Positions 21,261 through 30,679 of a stretch of 64,000 bases of DNA are shown piece by piece. This DNA comes from Alphaproteobacteria bacterium. Lineage in GTDB: Bacteria; Pseudomonadota; Alphaproteobacteria; GCA-2731375. The position numbers and the translations under genes are program-made. The notes under the pieces were generated by a model. The model was given only the letters and a program-made list of their open reading frames with translations, was not told where the DNA came from and did not search any database. Position 1 is the stretch's first letter. Each line of letters opens with the position of its first letter. Location: contig CBDDPY010000002.1 of assembly GCA_965232515.1 (NCBI GenBank), forward strand, positions 1,792,001-1,856,000, given 5' to 3'.

Positions 21261-22609
21261 CTTTTTTTCTTGTTGTCGTAAGGGTTCTTGCCGCGACGAA
21301 GATTCACGCGGATCGGCACGCCGTCCAGATCGCCAAGCTCGCGAATGCCATTCTGCAGGTAACGAACGTAGGACTCCGGCAGATCGACCGGCCGGTTGGC
21401 GAAGATCACAAAGGTCGGCGGTCGGGTCTTGGCCTGGGTCATGAACCGGAGGCGCAGCCGCCGGCCGCTGCCGGCGAGCGGCGGCGGATGGCGCTCGACC
21501 GCCTGCTCCAGCCATTCGTTCAAACGCGCCGTCGGGATCCGGGCCTGCCAGCGGTCGTAGATATCGAAGACCGCCGGCATCAGCTTGTCGACGCCCTTGC
21601 CGGTCAAGGCCGACAAGGTCACGATCGGCAGGCCGCGCACCTGCGGCAGCGACGTTTCCAGCCGGTCGCGCACGGTCTGCATCGCCGCGCGCCGGTCGCC
21701 GACCAGGTCCCATTTGTTGACGGCCAGCACCATGGCGCGGCCCTCCTCGACCACACGGGCGGCAAGCGTCAGCTCTTGCTTTTCCAGCGGCGCCTCGGCG
21801 TCGACCAGCAGCACCACGACCTGGGCGAAACGCATGGCGCGCAGCGCGTCCTCTGCCGACAGCTTCTCCAGCCGCTGGCTGATCCGGGCTTGCCGGCGCA
21901 GGCCGGCGGTATCGAACAGCCGCACCGGCCGGCCCTGCCAGGCCCAGTCGATGCCGATGGCGTCGCGGGTGATGCCGGCCTCCGGCCCCGTGATCATGCG
22001 GTCCTCGCCCAGCAGCCGGTTCACCAGCGTCGACTTGCCGACATTGGGGCGGCCCAGGATGGCGAGCCGCAGCGGGCCGTCGGCCGCCTCGTCCTCTTCG
22101 TCCAGTTCCGCGGCATCGGGCGCATGGGTGCTCAAGGCCTCGTAAAGCAGATCCAGTCCCTCGCCGTGGGCGGCCGACAACGGCAGCGGATCGCCCAGTC
22201 CCAGGGCGTAGGCCTCGGCCTGTCCGACCGCGCCGCCCCTGCCCTCGCACTTGTTGGCCGCCAGCACGACCGGCTTGCCCTGGCGGCGCAGCCAACGCGC
22301 GAAATGCGCGTCGATCGGCGTCGGGCCGCTGCGGGCGTCGATCAACATCAGCGCCACGTCGGCGTCGGCCAGCGCCGCCTCGGTTTGACGCCGCATCTCG
22401 GCCTCGAGCGTGCCGGCGTCGGCCTCCTCCAGCCCCGCCGTGTCGATGACGCGGAAGGTCAGCGGTCCGAGCCTGGCCTCGCCCTCGCGACGGTCCCGGG
22501 TCACGCCCGGCAGGTCGTCGACCAGCGCCTGCTGTTTGCCGACCAGGCGATTGAACAGCGTCGATTTGCCGACATTCGGCCGGCCCAGGATAGCGACAGT
22601 GAACGGCAT
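21257..22609 (-). CDS. der: ribosome biogenesis GTPase Der
   Basis: Two [11 protein letters not shown]-loops, DTAGL twice, C-terminal KH-like PPTF domain. Confidence 0.97.
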   Translation of the reverse strand: MPFTVAILGRPNVGKSTLFNRLVGKQQALVDDLPGVTRDRREGEARLGPLTFRVIDTAGLEEADAGTLEAEMRRQTEAALADADVALMLIDARSGPTPIDAHFARWLRRQGKPVVLAANKCEGRGGAVGQAEAYALGLGDPLPLSAAHGEGLDLLYEALSTHAPDAAELDEEDEAADGPLRLAILGRPNVGKSTLVNRLLGEDRMITGPEAGITRDAIGIDWAWQGRPVRLFDTAGLRRQARISQRLEKLSAEDALRAMRFAQVVVLLVDAEAPLEKQELTLAARVVEEGRAMVLAVNKWDLVGDRRAAMQTVRDRLETSLPQVRGLPIVTLSALTGKGVDKLMPAVFDIYDRWQARIPTARLNEWLEQAVERHPPPLAGSGRRLRLRFMTQAKTRPPTFVIFANRPVDLPESYVRYLQNGIRELGDLDGVPIRVNLRRGKNPYDNKKKS

Positions 22610-22613
22610 CGGC

Positions 22614-23954
22614 TTAGCGCAGCGCGATAAGTTCCGCGTCGTCGGACAGGATGTAGAGCGTGCCGTCGGCGACCACGGGCGCGATGAACGACGCCGCCGG
22701 CAGGCGCATCTCACCCAGCACCTCGCCGGAATAGGGCGAGACCGACACCGCGCGGCCATGGCTGGACACCAGGATCAAGCGGTCGCTGACCAGCACCGGT
22801 CCGCTCCACTGGATCGGATCTTCCCGATCCTCCTCGTCCTCGAACCGCTGCAGCTGCGCGACCCAGCGGATCCGGCCATCGCGCCGCGAGAGGCACAGAA
22901 GCTCGGCCTGGGTGGTGACGACATAGATGAAATCGCCGCTGACCCAGGGCGTCTCGACGCCGGTGATATCGCGGTCCCAGATGCGCTCGCCCGTGCGCAG
23001 GTCGATGGCGGCCATGCGGCCGGAATGGCTGATGGCGATGACCCGGCCGCGGTCGACCACCGGCTTGCCGCGAATGTCGCTCAAGGCGGCAAGCGGCGTG
23101 AAGCGCGCGGCCTTGACCAGCTGGTCGCTCCAAACCACGCGGCCGTTCTCGACCCTGAGCGCGAACAGCTCGCCCGAGGTATAGGGAACCACCACGATAT
23201 CGCCGTCGACGGCGGGACTGGCGCCGCCGATCAGGCCGGCGTCCTCGGGGATGCCGACATGGTTCCACAGCACCCGACCGTCATCGGCCGCCAGCGCGAA
23301 CATCTGATTGTCGTAAGTGACGACGAAGACCCGGCCGTCGGCGGCCGTCGGTGGCGCCCGCATAGGCACGCCGATCCGCCGTTCCCAATAGACCCGGCCC
23401 GTCTCGGCCTCCAGCGCATAGACCTCGCCATAACCGGTACTAACGAACAGGATACCGCCGTCGAGCGCGAGGCCGCCGCCGAGTGCGCCGCTGTCTTCGC
23501 CCTTGGGCGTCGCATTGGCGCGCCACAAACGATCGCCGGTGTTGGCGTCGATGGCCGAGATCCGGCTTTCCGCATCCATGACGAAGACCCGGCCGCCGGC
23601 GACGATGGGCGGCGCCAGCAGCCGTAGCAGCGAGCTCGAGCCCTCGCCGACATTGACCTCCCAGGCCGTCGCCAGGTCGTCCGGCAACTCCAGATGGTGC
23701 ATCGCATGGCTCGGGAAGCCGCCGGCCTGCGGCCAGTCGGGATTGCGCCATGGCCGCGGCAGCCGCACCTCCAGGTCGGCGATGCGCGGGTCCGGTTCCA
23801 GCGTGTCCTGCAGGCTGAGCACCGAGATCCGCTCGCCCGGTAGCGGCGGATCCTCGGCATCGCCAATCCAGTCCGGCAGCAGCTCGCAGGCCGCCAGCAT
23901 CACGATCAGCGGCAGCAGCGCCAGGCGTCGTGGCCACATCAGCGGCGGGATCAC
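22614..23954 (-). CDS. bamB: PQQ-like beta-propeller lipoprotein (BamB-like)
   Basis: Lipobox [12 protein letters not shown], repeated G..W propeller blades; yfgM-bamB-der synteny. Confidence 0.8.
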   Translation of the reverse strand: MIPPLMWPRRLALLPLIVMLAACELLPDWIGDAEDPPLPGERISVLSLQDTLEPDPRIADLEVRLPRPWRNPDWPQAGGFPSHAMHHLELPDDLATAWEVNVGEGSSSLLRLLAPPIVAGGRVFVMDAESRISAIDANTGDRLWRANATPKGEDSGALGGGLALDGGILFVSTGYGEVYALEAETGRVYWERRIGVPMRAPPTAADGRVFVVTYDNQMFALAADDGRVLWNHVGIPEDAGLIGGASPAVDGDIVVVPYTSGELFALRVENGRVVWSDQLVKAARFTPLAALSDIRGKPVVDRGRVIAISHSGRMAAIDLRTGERIWDRDITGVETPWVSGDFIYVVTTQAELLCLSRRDGRIRWVAQLQRFEDEEDREDPIQWSGPVLVSDRLILVSSHGRAVSVSPYSGEVLGEMRLPAASFIAPVVADGTLYILSDDAELIALR

Positions 23955-23957
23955 GCC

Positions 23958-24611
23958 TCAGCCCCCCTCGCCGAGCGCGTTCAGCATCTGCTGGGCGCGC
24001 GCGCGCACGCCGGGCGGCGCATCGGCCGCTTCCGTCAGCGCCTTGAAGCTCTCCACGGCGGCGGCCGTCCGGCCCTCGCGAACCGCCACGGTGGCAATCA
24101 GTTCCTGCGCCGAAAACCGCCAGGGATTGTCGTCCGTCAACAGCGCCTGCAGCCGTGCCTCCAGATCGGCGGCCGACGCAACGTTGGCAAGCTGCATTGC
24201 GGCCATCAATGCCGCCAGGTCGCGGTAGATCTGATCGGCGCCGCCGTCGGCGACGATGCCGTCATAGACCGCGACCGCGCCCTGGGAATCGCCGGTTTCG
24301 GCCCGCGCCGCCGCCTCCTGGAACCGGGCGATCAGGGCATAGCCGCTGCCGGCGTCGTCCGCCAGTGCCGAGAAAGCGGTGACGGCGTTGGCGTTGTCGC
24401 CACGCTGGACCAGCTCGATCGCCGCGGCAAATCGGGCCGACTCGGCGCTCCGCTGATCCGCCTGGTGATTACGCCAGAGAACCGATCCGGCGGTGCCCAG
24501 GACCAGCGCCACGCAGCCGGCAATGACCAGGGTGCCGTAGCGCTTCCACAGGTCCTGCAGCTTGTCCTTGCGAAGTTCTTCGTCGACTTCGCGGAAGATA
24601 TTGTCCGACAC
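23958..24611 (-). CDS. YfgM-like TPR membrane protein
   Basis: DNIFREVDEELRKD...LWKRYG, then a TM helix and helical repeats. Confidence 0.85.
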   Translation of the reverse strand: MSDNIFREVDEELRKDKLQDLWKRYGTLVIAGCVALVLGTAGSVLWRNHQADQRSAESARFAAAIELVQRGDNANAVTAFSALADDAGSGYALIARFQEAAARAETGDSQGAVAVYDGIVADGGADQIYRDLAALMAAMQLANVASAADLEARLQALLTDDNPWRFSAQELIATVAVREGRTAAAVESFKALTEAADAPPGVRARAQQMLNALGEGG

Positions 24612-24749
24612 GCGCGGTCCTCGGATGCTCTGAATGGCCGGCCAATGTACCGGCATGGGTTTTTAGCGGCAAACGCCGCCCGATAAAAGGCAATCTCGAC
24701 ATCGGATCGTCACATGGACAGCCGCTAACGGGACATCGTGTCAGACCTG

Positions 24750-25697
24750 TCAGCCGGCGCGATAAAGCTCTGTGCTGAGATACTTCATGCCGGAATCGCA
24801 CATAACAGTGACCACCGTGGCGCCGGCGCCGAGTCGCGCCGCGAGCTTTTGGGCGGCGATCAGGTTCCCGCCGGTCGAGGTTCCGGCGAACAGCGCCGCG
24901 GTTCGGGCGAGCGTCCGCGCCATCGCCATGGCATCGGCCGTCCTAACCGTGGCGATCTCGTCAACCGCGTCCGGCGCCCACAACGGCACGACGAACCCCG
25001 CGCCGACGCCTTCGATCCGATGCACGCCGCCTTTTTCGCCCGAAAGCACGGCGGATTCGCTCGGTTCCACCGCCACGACATGGACGTGTGGATTGTGCTC
25101 GCGCAGCCGTTCGGCCGTGCCGCGCAGCGATGCCGCCGTACCGACGCTCTGGACGAAGGCATCGACCTTGCCGCCGGTCTGCCGCCAGATCTCGTCGGCC
25201 ATCGTCCGGTAGGCGCTTAGTTGATCGGCGTTGTTCAACTGGTCCGTCCAGAAGCCGCCGGTGCGCTCTTGGATCTCGCGCGCCGCCGCGATCATCCCGC
25301 GGGTCAGCGCCGCGTCCATGCCGCCGCCATCGCTCGGCACCAGGGTCAGATCGGCCCCCAGCGCCTTCATATGATCGCGCTTCTCACGGCTGAAGGCATC
25401 CGAGGTCACGATGTGAAGCGGATACCCCTTGGCGCAGCAGATCAGGGCCAGCGACACGCCGGTGCTGCCGCCGGTGTATTCGACCACGCTACCGCCGGCC
25501 GCCAATCGGCCGTCCTGCTCGGCCGCCTCGATCATGGCCAGCGCCATGCGGTCCTTCATGCTGCCCGTCGGATTCTGGCTCTCGATCTTGAGCAGGATCC
25601 GCGCCTGGCCAGGACGGGCAAGCGCGCGCAGCTCGATCAGCGGCGTGCCGCCGATCCGGTCGAGAATTGATCCGTCAATGGATGTGTCGCGCGGCAT
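24750..25697 (-). CDS. PLP-dependent cysteine synthase-family protein (atypical)
   Basis: IGGTPL, NPTGSMKDR (PLP Lys), HRIEG, CDSGMKYLST. Substrate loop reads TGGST rather than TSGNT. Confidence 0.85.
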   Translation of the reverse strand: MPRDTSIDGSILDRIGGTPLIELRALARPGQARILLKIESQNPTGSMKDRMALAMIEAAEQDGRLAAGGSVVEYTGGSTGVSLALICCAKGYPLHIVTSDAFSREKRDHMKALGADLTLVPSDGGGMDAALTRGMIAAAREIQERTGGFWTDQLNNADQLSAYRTMADEIWRQTGGKVDAFVQSVGTAASLRGTAERLREHNPHVHVVAVEPSESAVLSGEKGGVHRIEGVGAGFVVPLWAPDAVDEIATVRTADAMAMARTLARTAALFAGTSTGGNLIAAQKLAARLGAGATVVTVMCDSGMKYLSTELYRAG

Positions 25698-25766
25698 GTC
25701 GTTGTCCTCCGGCGCGCACATTCCGTGATTTATTTTCGATCCGGAAGGCGTATAAACCGCACCATA

Positions 25767-26690
25767 ATGGATAGAAATTCATCCGCCGACTGGGACGACC
25801 TGCGGGTCTTCCTCGCCGTGCTGCGGGCTGGTTCGCTGCGTGGCGCCGCACGTCTGCTACGGCTGAACCACGCCACCGTGAACCGCCGATTGAAGGGGCT
25901 CGAAGCGGCCTTCGGGACCCGATTGTTCGACCGGACGCGGGCGGGCCTCGTGCCGACCCAGGCCGGCGAGGACCTGCTGGCGACGGCCGAGCGAGTGGAA
26001 GACGAACTGCTCAGGGCGCAGCGCGATATCGCCGGGCGCGACGGGCATCTCGATGGCCGGATCAAGGTCAGCCTGCCCTACGCGATCATGAAGGGCTTCT
26101 TGGCGGCCGATCTACACGCCTTTTCGAACCGCTATCCCGGTATCGCGCTCGATCTCGAGCTGACGGACCGGTTTTCCGACCTGGCCCAGTTGGAGGCGGA
26201 TGTGTCGATCCGCATGGCCCACGACGTCACCGGCGACGCCGTCGGCCGCCGGCTGGTGCAATACGCCAAGACGATCTACGCCGCGCCCGATGTCGCCGAA
26301 CGCCTCGATCCGTCATCCGACGGCGGCGACGCCAGCCCCGACTGGATCGGCTGGCCCGGTGCGGACGGCAGCAACGCCTGGTCCCGCGGCACCCCGTTTC
26401 CACGGCTGCACGTCCGCCACAACCTGCCCAGCCACGCGTTGCAGCTGGAGGCTGCGAAGGCCGGCATGGGCCTCGCGATGCTGCCCTGTTTCCTCGGCGA
26501 CCCCGAACCGGGCCTGGTCCGCCTCCCGGGCGCGGCGCCCGTCCCCGACCGCAGCATCTGGCTGCTCCTGCGCGCGGGCCTCCGCACCACGGTCCGCGTC
26601 CGCGCCTTCGCCGACTTCATCGCCGCCGCCATCCTCGATCGCCGCACGCTGTTGGCGGGCCGCGCCTACGCCCACTCGATGGCCTCATAA
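25767..26690 (+). CDS. LysR family transcriptional regulator
   Basis: DWDDLRVFLAV...GSLRGAA...HATVNRR HTH; divergent from the PLP enzyme gene. Confidence 0.93.
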   Translation: MDRNSSADWDDLRVFLAVLRAGSLRGAARLLRLNHATVNRRLKGLEAAFGTRLFDRTRAGLVPTQAGEDLLATAERVEDELLRAQRDIAGRDGHLDGRIKVSLPYAIMKGFLAADLHAFSNRYPGIALDLELTDRFSDLAQLEADVSIRMAHDVTGDAVGRRLVQYAKTIYAAPDVAERLDPSSDGGDASPDWIGWPGADGSNAWSRGTPFPRLHVRHNLPSHALQLEAAKAGMGLAMLPCFLGDPEPGLVRLPGAAPVPDRSIWLLLRAGLRTTVRVRAFADFIAAAILDRRTLLAGRAYAHSMAS

Positions 26691-26731
26691 ACTTCTAGAG
26701 CGTTGATATTCAGAGAAAAAATCTCTTTTTC

Positions 26732-27481
26732 TCATTCCGTAGACCGCGCTTCATGCGATGTCGCCGATCCCTTGTTGAGGCAGAGGAGCAGTCGTGTGCG
26801 GCCAGTTCCCGCGATGGGCGGCGAGCGGTGCACGATTCCGCTGCCCGGACTGGCGCAGCTTCCCTTGAAGATCGCCACGTCGTGGGCGCGGAGATGCTCC
26901 ACCGGTCCGGTGTAGCGTTCCTGTTCGTGCAACGCCCGCGCGGCGTAATGCGGTTCGACCCACTGGGTGCCAGGGCCGCGGTATGTGGTCAGCAGGCGCG
27001 CCTCCACACAATCGCGGTGGAACTTCCAGCACGCGTTATTGCTGACGCGCTCCAGCCGAACATCAACGAGATCGCTTCGGGTGATACCAGCAAAAGCCGA
27101 AACGAGGTCATCGACGTCGCCGATCAGCAAGTCTCGCATGTCTCCCGGCGGCATCCCGCATTCGTCCAAATGGGATTCCACCGCCTGTCGAACGTCGCCG
27201 GATTGGACGGCAACACGAAGGTGAGGAAGATACGAGGCGTCCAAGCCTTCGAGCCAGGTCTTCAAAGACAAGGGGGGCACGCGCCGCCAGATCACGAGCT
27301 CCCGGTCGGGCCCTTTGATGTCCGCGAGCCCTTCCGCCGAGCCGCAGGTCACAATGCGTTCGGCCAGTCGAGCGGATGTTTTGGTGAATTCATGAGCCGG
27401 GGTTGCCAACGGGCGGGCCTCGAGACCTTCGTCGTGGGGCGTATCGAGCAAGCCCAAGGCATCTGGTCGAAGGATCGCCAT
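26732..27481 (-). CDS. DUF1826-like protein (probable 2-His-1-carboxylate fold)
   Basis: CWKFHRD, RLLTTYRGPGTQW, FKG, GIVHRSPP, RLLLCL: pattern recalled for DUF1826, a frequent neighbour of COG0523 genes. Confidence 0.75.
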   Translation of the reverse strand: MAILRPDALGLLDTPHDEGLEARPLATPAHEFTKTSARLAERIVTCGSAEGLADIKGPDRELVIWRRVPPLSLKTWLEGLDASYLPHLRVAVQSGDVRQAVESHLDECGMPPGDMRDLLIGDVDDLVSAFAGITRSDLVDVRLERVSNNACWKFHRDCVEARLLTTYRGPGTQWVEPHYAARALHEQERYTGPVEHLRAHDVAIFKGSCASPGSGIVHRSPPIAGTGRTRLLLCLNKGSATSHEARSTE

Positions 27482-27482
27482 T

Positions 27483-28610
27483 TCAGAGCGACTCCCTGAT
27501 CATGGCCTCAAAGTCATCCTCCGTCGCCTTGCGCGGATTGGTCAGGGCGGACAGGTCCTTCTTCGCATAGGTGATCAGGTCGGGAATGTCTTCCTCCTGA
27601 ACGCCCATAGCGCTCAGGCCGGACGGCAGACCGATGTCGGCGTTCATGGCGGACACCGCGTCGGCAATGTCGGCACCGGGCGGTAATCCCATGGCCTGGC
27701 GGAGGCGATCATATTTCTCGCCACAGTCAGGTGCGTTGAACCGCAGCACTGCGGGCAGGAAGACCGCGTTCAGAGTGCCATGATGGAGATTCAAGCGCTC
27801 GATGCGTCCCGCAGCATGGCTTAGGGCGTGAACGGCACCCAGGCCTTGAATGAAGGACAGCGCCCCTTCCGTTGAGCACATCATCATCTGCCACCGGGCC
27901 TCGCGATCCTTGCCGTCACGCACCGCGGTTGGCAGGTGACGCCAACCCCGCCACAAACCGTCAAGCGCCACGCCATCGGCGGGGGGATTAACCGTCGGTG
28001 TCAAGAGTGCCTCGATGCAATGGGTGATCGCATCCATGCCCGTGGCCGCCGTCATTGTCGCAGGCAGGCCCAATGTCAGTTCCGGGTCGCAGATGGCTGC
28101 TTTCGGAACAAAGAGCGGGCTTGCAAAGGTCAGTTTGCGCCCATCGTCCATGATGATGACGAACCCGACGGAAACCTCACTGCCCGTTCCGGCCGTGGTC
28201 GGCACCGCAATCAGGGGCGCGACCGCCTTGACGAGCTTTGCGCCGCCAGCCAGGGGATCGAACTGAGCAAGCGGACCGCCACTGCCTGCGAGCAGCGCGA
28301 CAGCCTTGCCCAAATCCATTGAGGATCCGCCACCAATGGCGAGGACGCCATCACATCCGTCAGACGTATACTGGTCGAATGCCTTCAGGACGGCTGCTTC
28401 CGTTGGATTTCCGGGCGTACCGTCGAAGAGCGAGGTTGGTGTATCCGCCTCAAGCACGCTGGTGACGCTTTCGACAAGCCCCGCCGCCACAACACCAGCA
28501 TCCGTGGCGATGAACGGCTTCGAGATGCCCGCTTTGCGCAACTCGGCCGGAATCTGCTGCACGGCGCCATAATCGAAGTGGGTCGTCGTCAAATACGTCA
28601 GCGTTGCCAT
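27483..28610 (-). CDS. iron-containing (family III) alcohol dehydrogenase, 4-hydroxybutyrate dehydrogenase-like
   Basis: GGGSSMD, PTTAGTGSE, GMDAITHCIE, GAVHALSH, HHGTLNA (Asp/His/His/His metal ligands). Confidence 0.9.
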   Translation of the reverse strand: MATLTYLTTTHFDYGAVQQIPAELRKAGISKPFIATDAGVVAAGLVESVTSVLEADTPTSLFDGTPGNPTEAAVLKAFDQYTSDGCDGVLAIGGGSSMDLGKAVALLAGSGGPLAQFDPLAGGAKLVKAVAPLIAVPTTAGTGSEVSVGFVIIMDDGRKLTFASPLFVPKAAICDPELTLGLPATMTAATGMDAITHCIEALLTPTVNPPADGVALDGLWRGWRHLPTAVRDGKDREARWQMMMCSTEGALSFIQGLGAVHALSHAAGRIERLNLHHGTLNAVFLPAVLRFNAPDCGEKYDRLRQAMGLPPGADIADAVSAMNADIGLPSGLSAMGVQEEDIPDLITYAKKDLSALTNPRKATEDDFEAMIRESL

Positions 28611-28632
28611 GACGGTTCCGAAACTCCCCTGA

Positions 28633-28866
28633 CTAGTGAGAACGCGCGCGAGGATGTCTGAGCAGCGCGGCGACTTGCATGAGATGAGCGGCGGTCTGAG
28701 CGGGGTTTCCACAGCGCCCCGCCATCTCGATCAATTCCAGCGTCAGCGCATCGACGACGGCGTCGGACGGGAGCCAGGCCTCGCCCGCTTGTGTGATGGC
28801 TTCCTGCAGAAATCGCCGGGCCTTTTTTACGTCTTCCGCATGCACGGCTGCGATCGCATCGTTCAC
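28633..28866 (-). CDS. small helical hypothetical protein (ORF B)
   Basis: GTG start overlaps the GTPase stop (GTGA) with a GGAG RBS; 77 aa; similar to ORF A. Confidence 0.7.
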   Translation of the reverse strand: MNDAIAAVHAEDVKKARRFLQEAITQAGEAWLPSDAVVDALTLELIEMAGRCGNPAQTAAHLMQVAALLRHPRARSH

Positions 28867-30098
28867 TGTTCTGTCTCCGAGCTGCGCCGCCAAATTGGGA
28901 ACGGGTCCCTCAGCTTTCTCCAGGCAGCGGGCTGCATTGCCTTGGCGTTGGCGTCACCGACAAGGCAGGTGTCGAGACGACGACGGATCGCGGCCTCGTC
29001 CATGTCGGTGCCGATAAAGACGATTTCCTGGCGGCGATCTCCATAGATTGGATCCCAGACGTTGGCAATGTGCTGTCGCCATTCCGGATGGTCCGGCCAG
29101 TGGTCCTTCGGCACGCTGGACCACCAGAAGCCCATGGCTTCATGCCGCACCAGCGCGCCGGCCTGGCTCAATTCGCCAACCCACTCCGGGCGGGTGGCGA
29201 GCCAGAAGTGCCCCTTGGCACGAATGACGCCTGGCCAAGAGGCGTTGAGGAAGGCGTGGAACTTCTCGGGATGAAAGGGGCGGCGCGCCCGATACACAAA
29301 GCTGCGCACGCCATACTCTTCGGTCTCGGGCTTGTGCTCCGCGAAGCCGTACAGCTCCTTGAACCACAGCGGGTGTTCCTCGGCCTTGTCGTGGTCGAAC
29401 CGGCCGGTGTTCAGCACCTTATCCAGCGGCACACGCGACATGTTCGTCTCGATCAGGTCGGCGTCGGGATTGAGCGAGCGGATGATCTTGCGCGCGGCAT
29501 CGATCTCCTCGGGCGTGGCCGCGTCGATCTTGTTCAGAATGATAACGTCGGCGAACTCGATCTGATCGACGAGCAGGTTGACCAGCGTGCGGGTGTCCTC
29601 CTCGCCCAGCGACTCGCCCCGGTCCTTGAGGAAATCGGTCGAGGCGTAGTCGCGCAGAACGTTCGCGGCATCGACCACGGTCACCATCGTATCGAGGCGC
29701 GACACATCCTCGAGGCTTTCTCCTTCTTCCGTCCGGAAGTTGAAAGTGGCCGCCACGGGCAGCGGCTCGGAGATCCCGGTCGATTCGATCAGGAGGTAGT
29801 CGAACCGGCCATCCCCCGCGAGTCGTCGCACCTCCTGGAGAAGGTCGTCGCGCAACGTGCAGCAGATGCAGCCATTGGTCATTTCGACCAGGGTCTCTTC
29901 GGTGCGGCTCAGATCGGCGCCGCCGTCCCGAATGAGGTCGGCGTCTATGTTGACTTCGCTCATGTCGTTGACGATGACCGCGACGCGTTTGCCTTCGCGG
30001 TTGTTGAGGATGTGGTTCATCAACGTGGTCTTGCCGGCGCCGAGGAAGCCGGACAGGACGGTAACGGGAAGCTTGGCGTGCGGGAGAGTTTCACTCAT
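28863..30098 (-). CDS. zigA: COG0523 G3E GTPase, ZigA/YciC-type zinc metallochaperone
   Basis: [24 protein letters not shown] metal motif, [12 protein letters not shown], CobW_C domain with [11 protein letters not shown]. Confidence 0.9.
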   Translation of the reverse strand: MSETLPHAKLPVTVLSGFLGAGKTTLMNHILNNREGKRVAVIVNDMSEVNIDADLIRDGGADLSRTEETLVEMTNGCICCTLRDDLLQEVRRLAGDGRFDYLLIESTGISEPLPVAATFNFRTEEGESLEDVSRLDTMVTVVDAANVLRDYASTDFLKDRGESLGEEDTRTLVNLLVDQIEFADVIILNKIDAATPEEIDAARKIIRSLNPDADLIETNMSRVPLDKVLNTGRFDHDKAEEHPLWFKELYGFAEHKPETEEYGVRSFVYRARRPFHPEKFHAFLNASWPGVIRAKGHFWLATRPEWVGELSQAGALVRHEAMGFWWSSVPKDHWPDHPEWRQHIANVWDPIYGDRRQEIVFIGTDMDEAAIRRRLDTCLVGDANAKAMQPAAWRKLRDPFPIWRRSSETEQ

Positions 30099-30121
30099 GG
30101 ACGGAGACTTTCATGCTGGAA

Positions 30122-30418
30122 TCATCGTTTGCGGCCTTCCTGGATTGCCGAATGTGGCCTATCTGAGGTCGATATCTCGCCGGCAAGCTGGCCCAGCACG
30201 GAAGCCACGCCGTCCGCTCCGTAGGCTTCGACGAGACGCGGCATCAACTCTGTCATCAGCGCAGCGAGCACCGTATCTCTGGGGATGCCTGCTTCATCGC
30301 ACCGTGCGATCGCAGCGCGCACCTCAGTCAGGGCATCAGCCAAGCGTGGGGGCAATTGGACGTCGGAGATATCGTCGACGGGCTCAAGCAGGGAGTGTGC
30401 TGCCGTTCGATCTTGCAT
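30122..30418 (-). CDS. small helical hypothetical protein (ORF A)
   Basis: ATG 30418 with GAGGTGGA upstream; 98 aa; amphipathic helices; similar to ORF B. Confidence 0.7.
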   Translation of the reverse strand: MQDRTAAHSLLEPVDDISDVQLPPRLADALTEVRAAIARCDEAGIPRDTVLAALMTELMPRLVEAYGADGVASVLGQLAGEISTSDRPHSAIQEGRKR

Positions 30419-30626
30419 ACGTCCATCCACCTCAAAGCTGCGTTGGGTTTGGCGCATCGCCATAGACGGCCTTCGGATGGAAGGATTTCTGTGACACCGC
30501 GAGCACGAGCCGAGCTGGTGAGAACGGACTCTGTCGGTCGCCTACCGACCATTGCTGTGTCCATGTCAAACCCTCACCTACGGCCACTCCCCCGGCGACC
30601 GAAGGACGTCGGTTTTTTGCAATCAG

Positions 30627-30649
30627 CAAATGCTATGTTATAACATTAC
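30627..30649. promoter_or_regulatory. Zur box
   Basis: CAAATGCTATGTTATAACATTAC versus the proteobacterial consensus GAAATGTTATANTATAACATTTC (4 mismatches). Overlaps TTGCAA-N16-TATAAC and lies between the divergent zigA operon and the zur-like gene. Confidence 0.8.
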
Positions 30650-30679
30650 GGGGTTTAAACACAAGATAAGGACAAGGTC

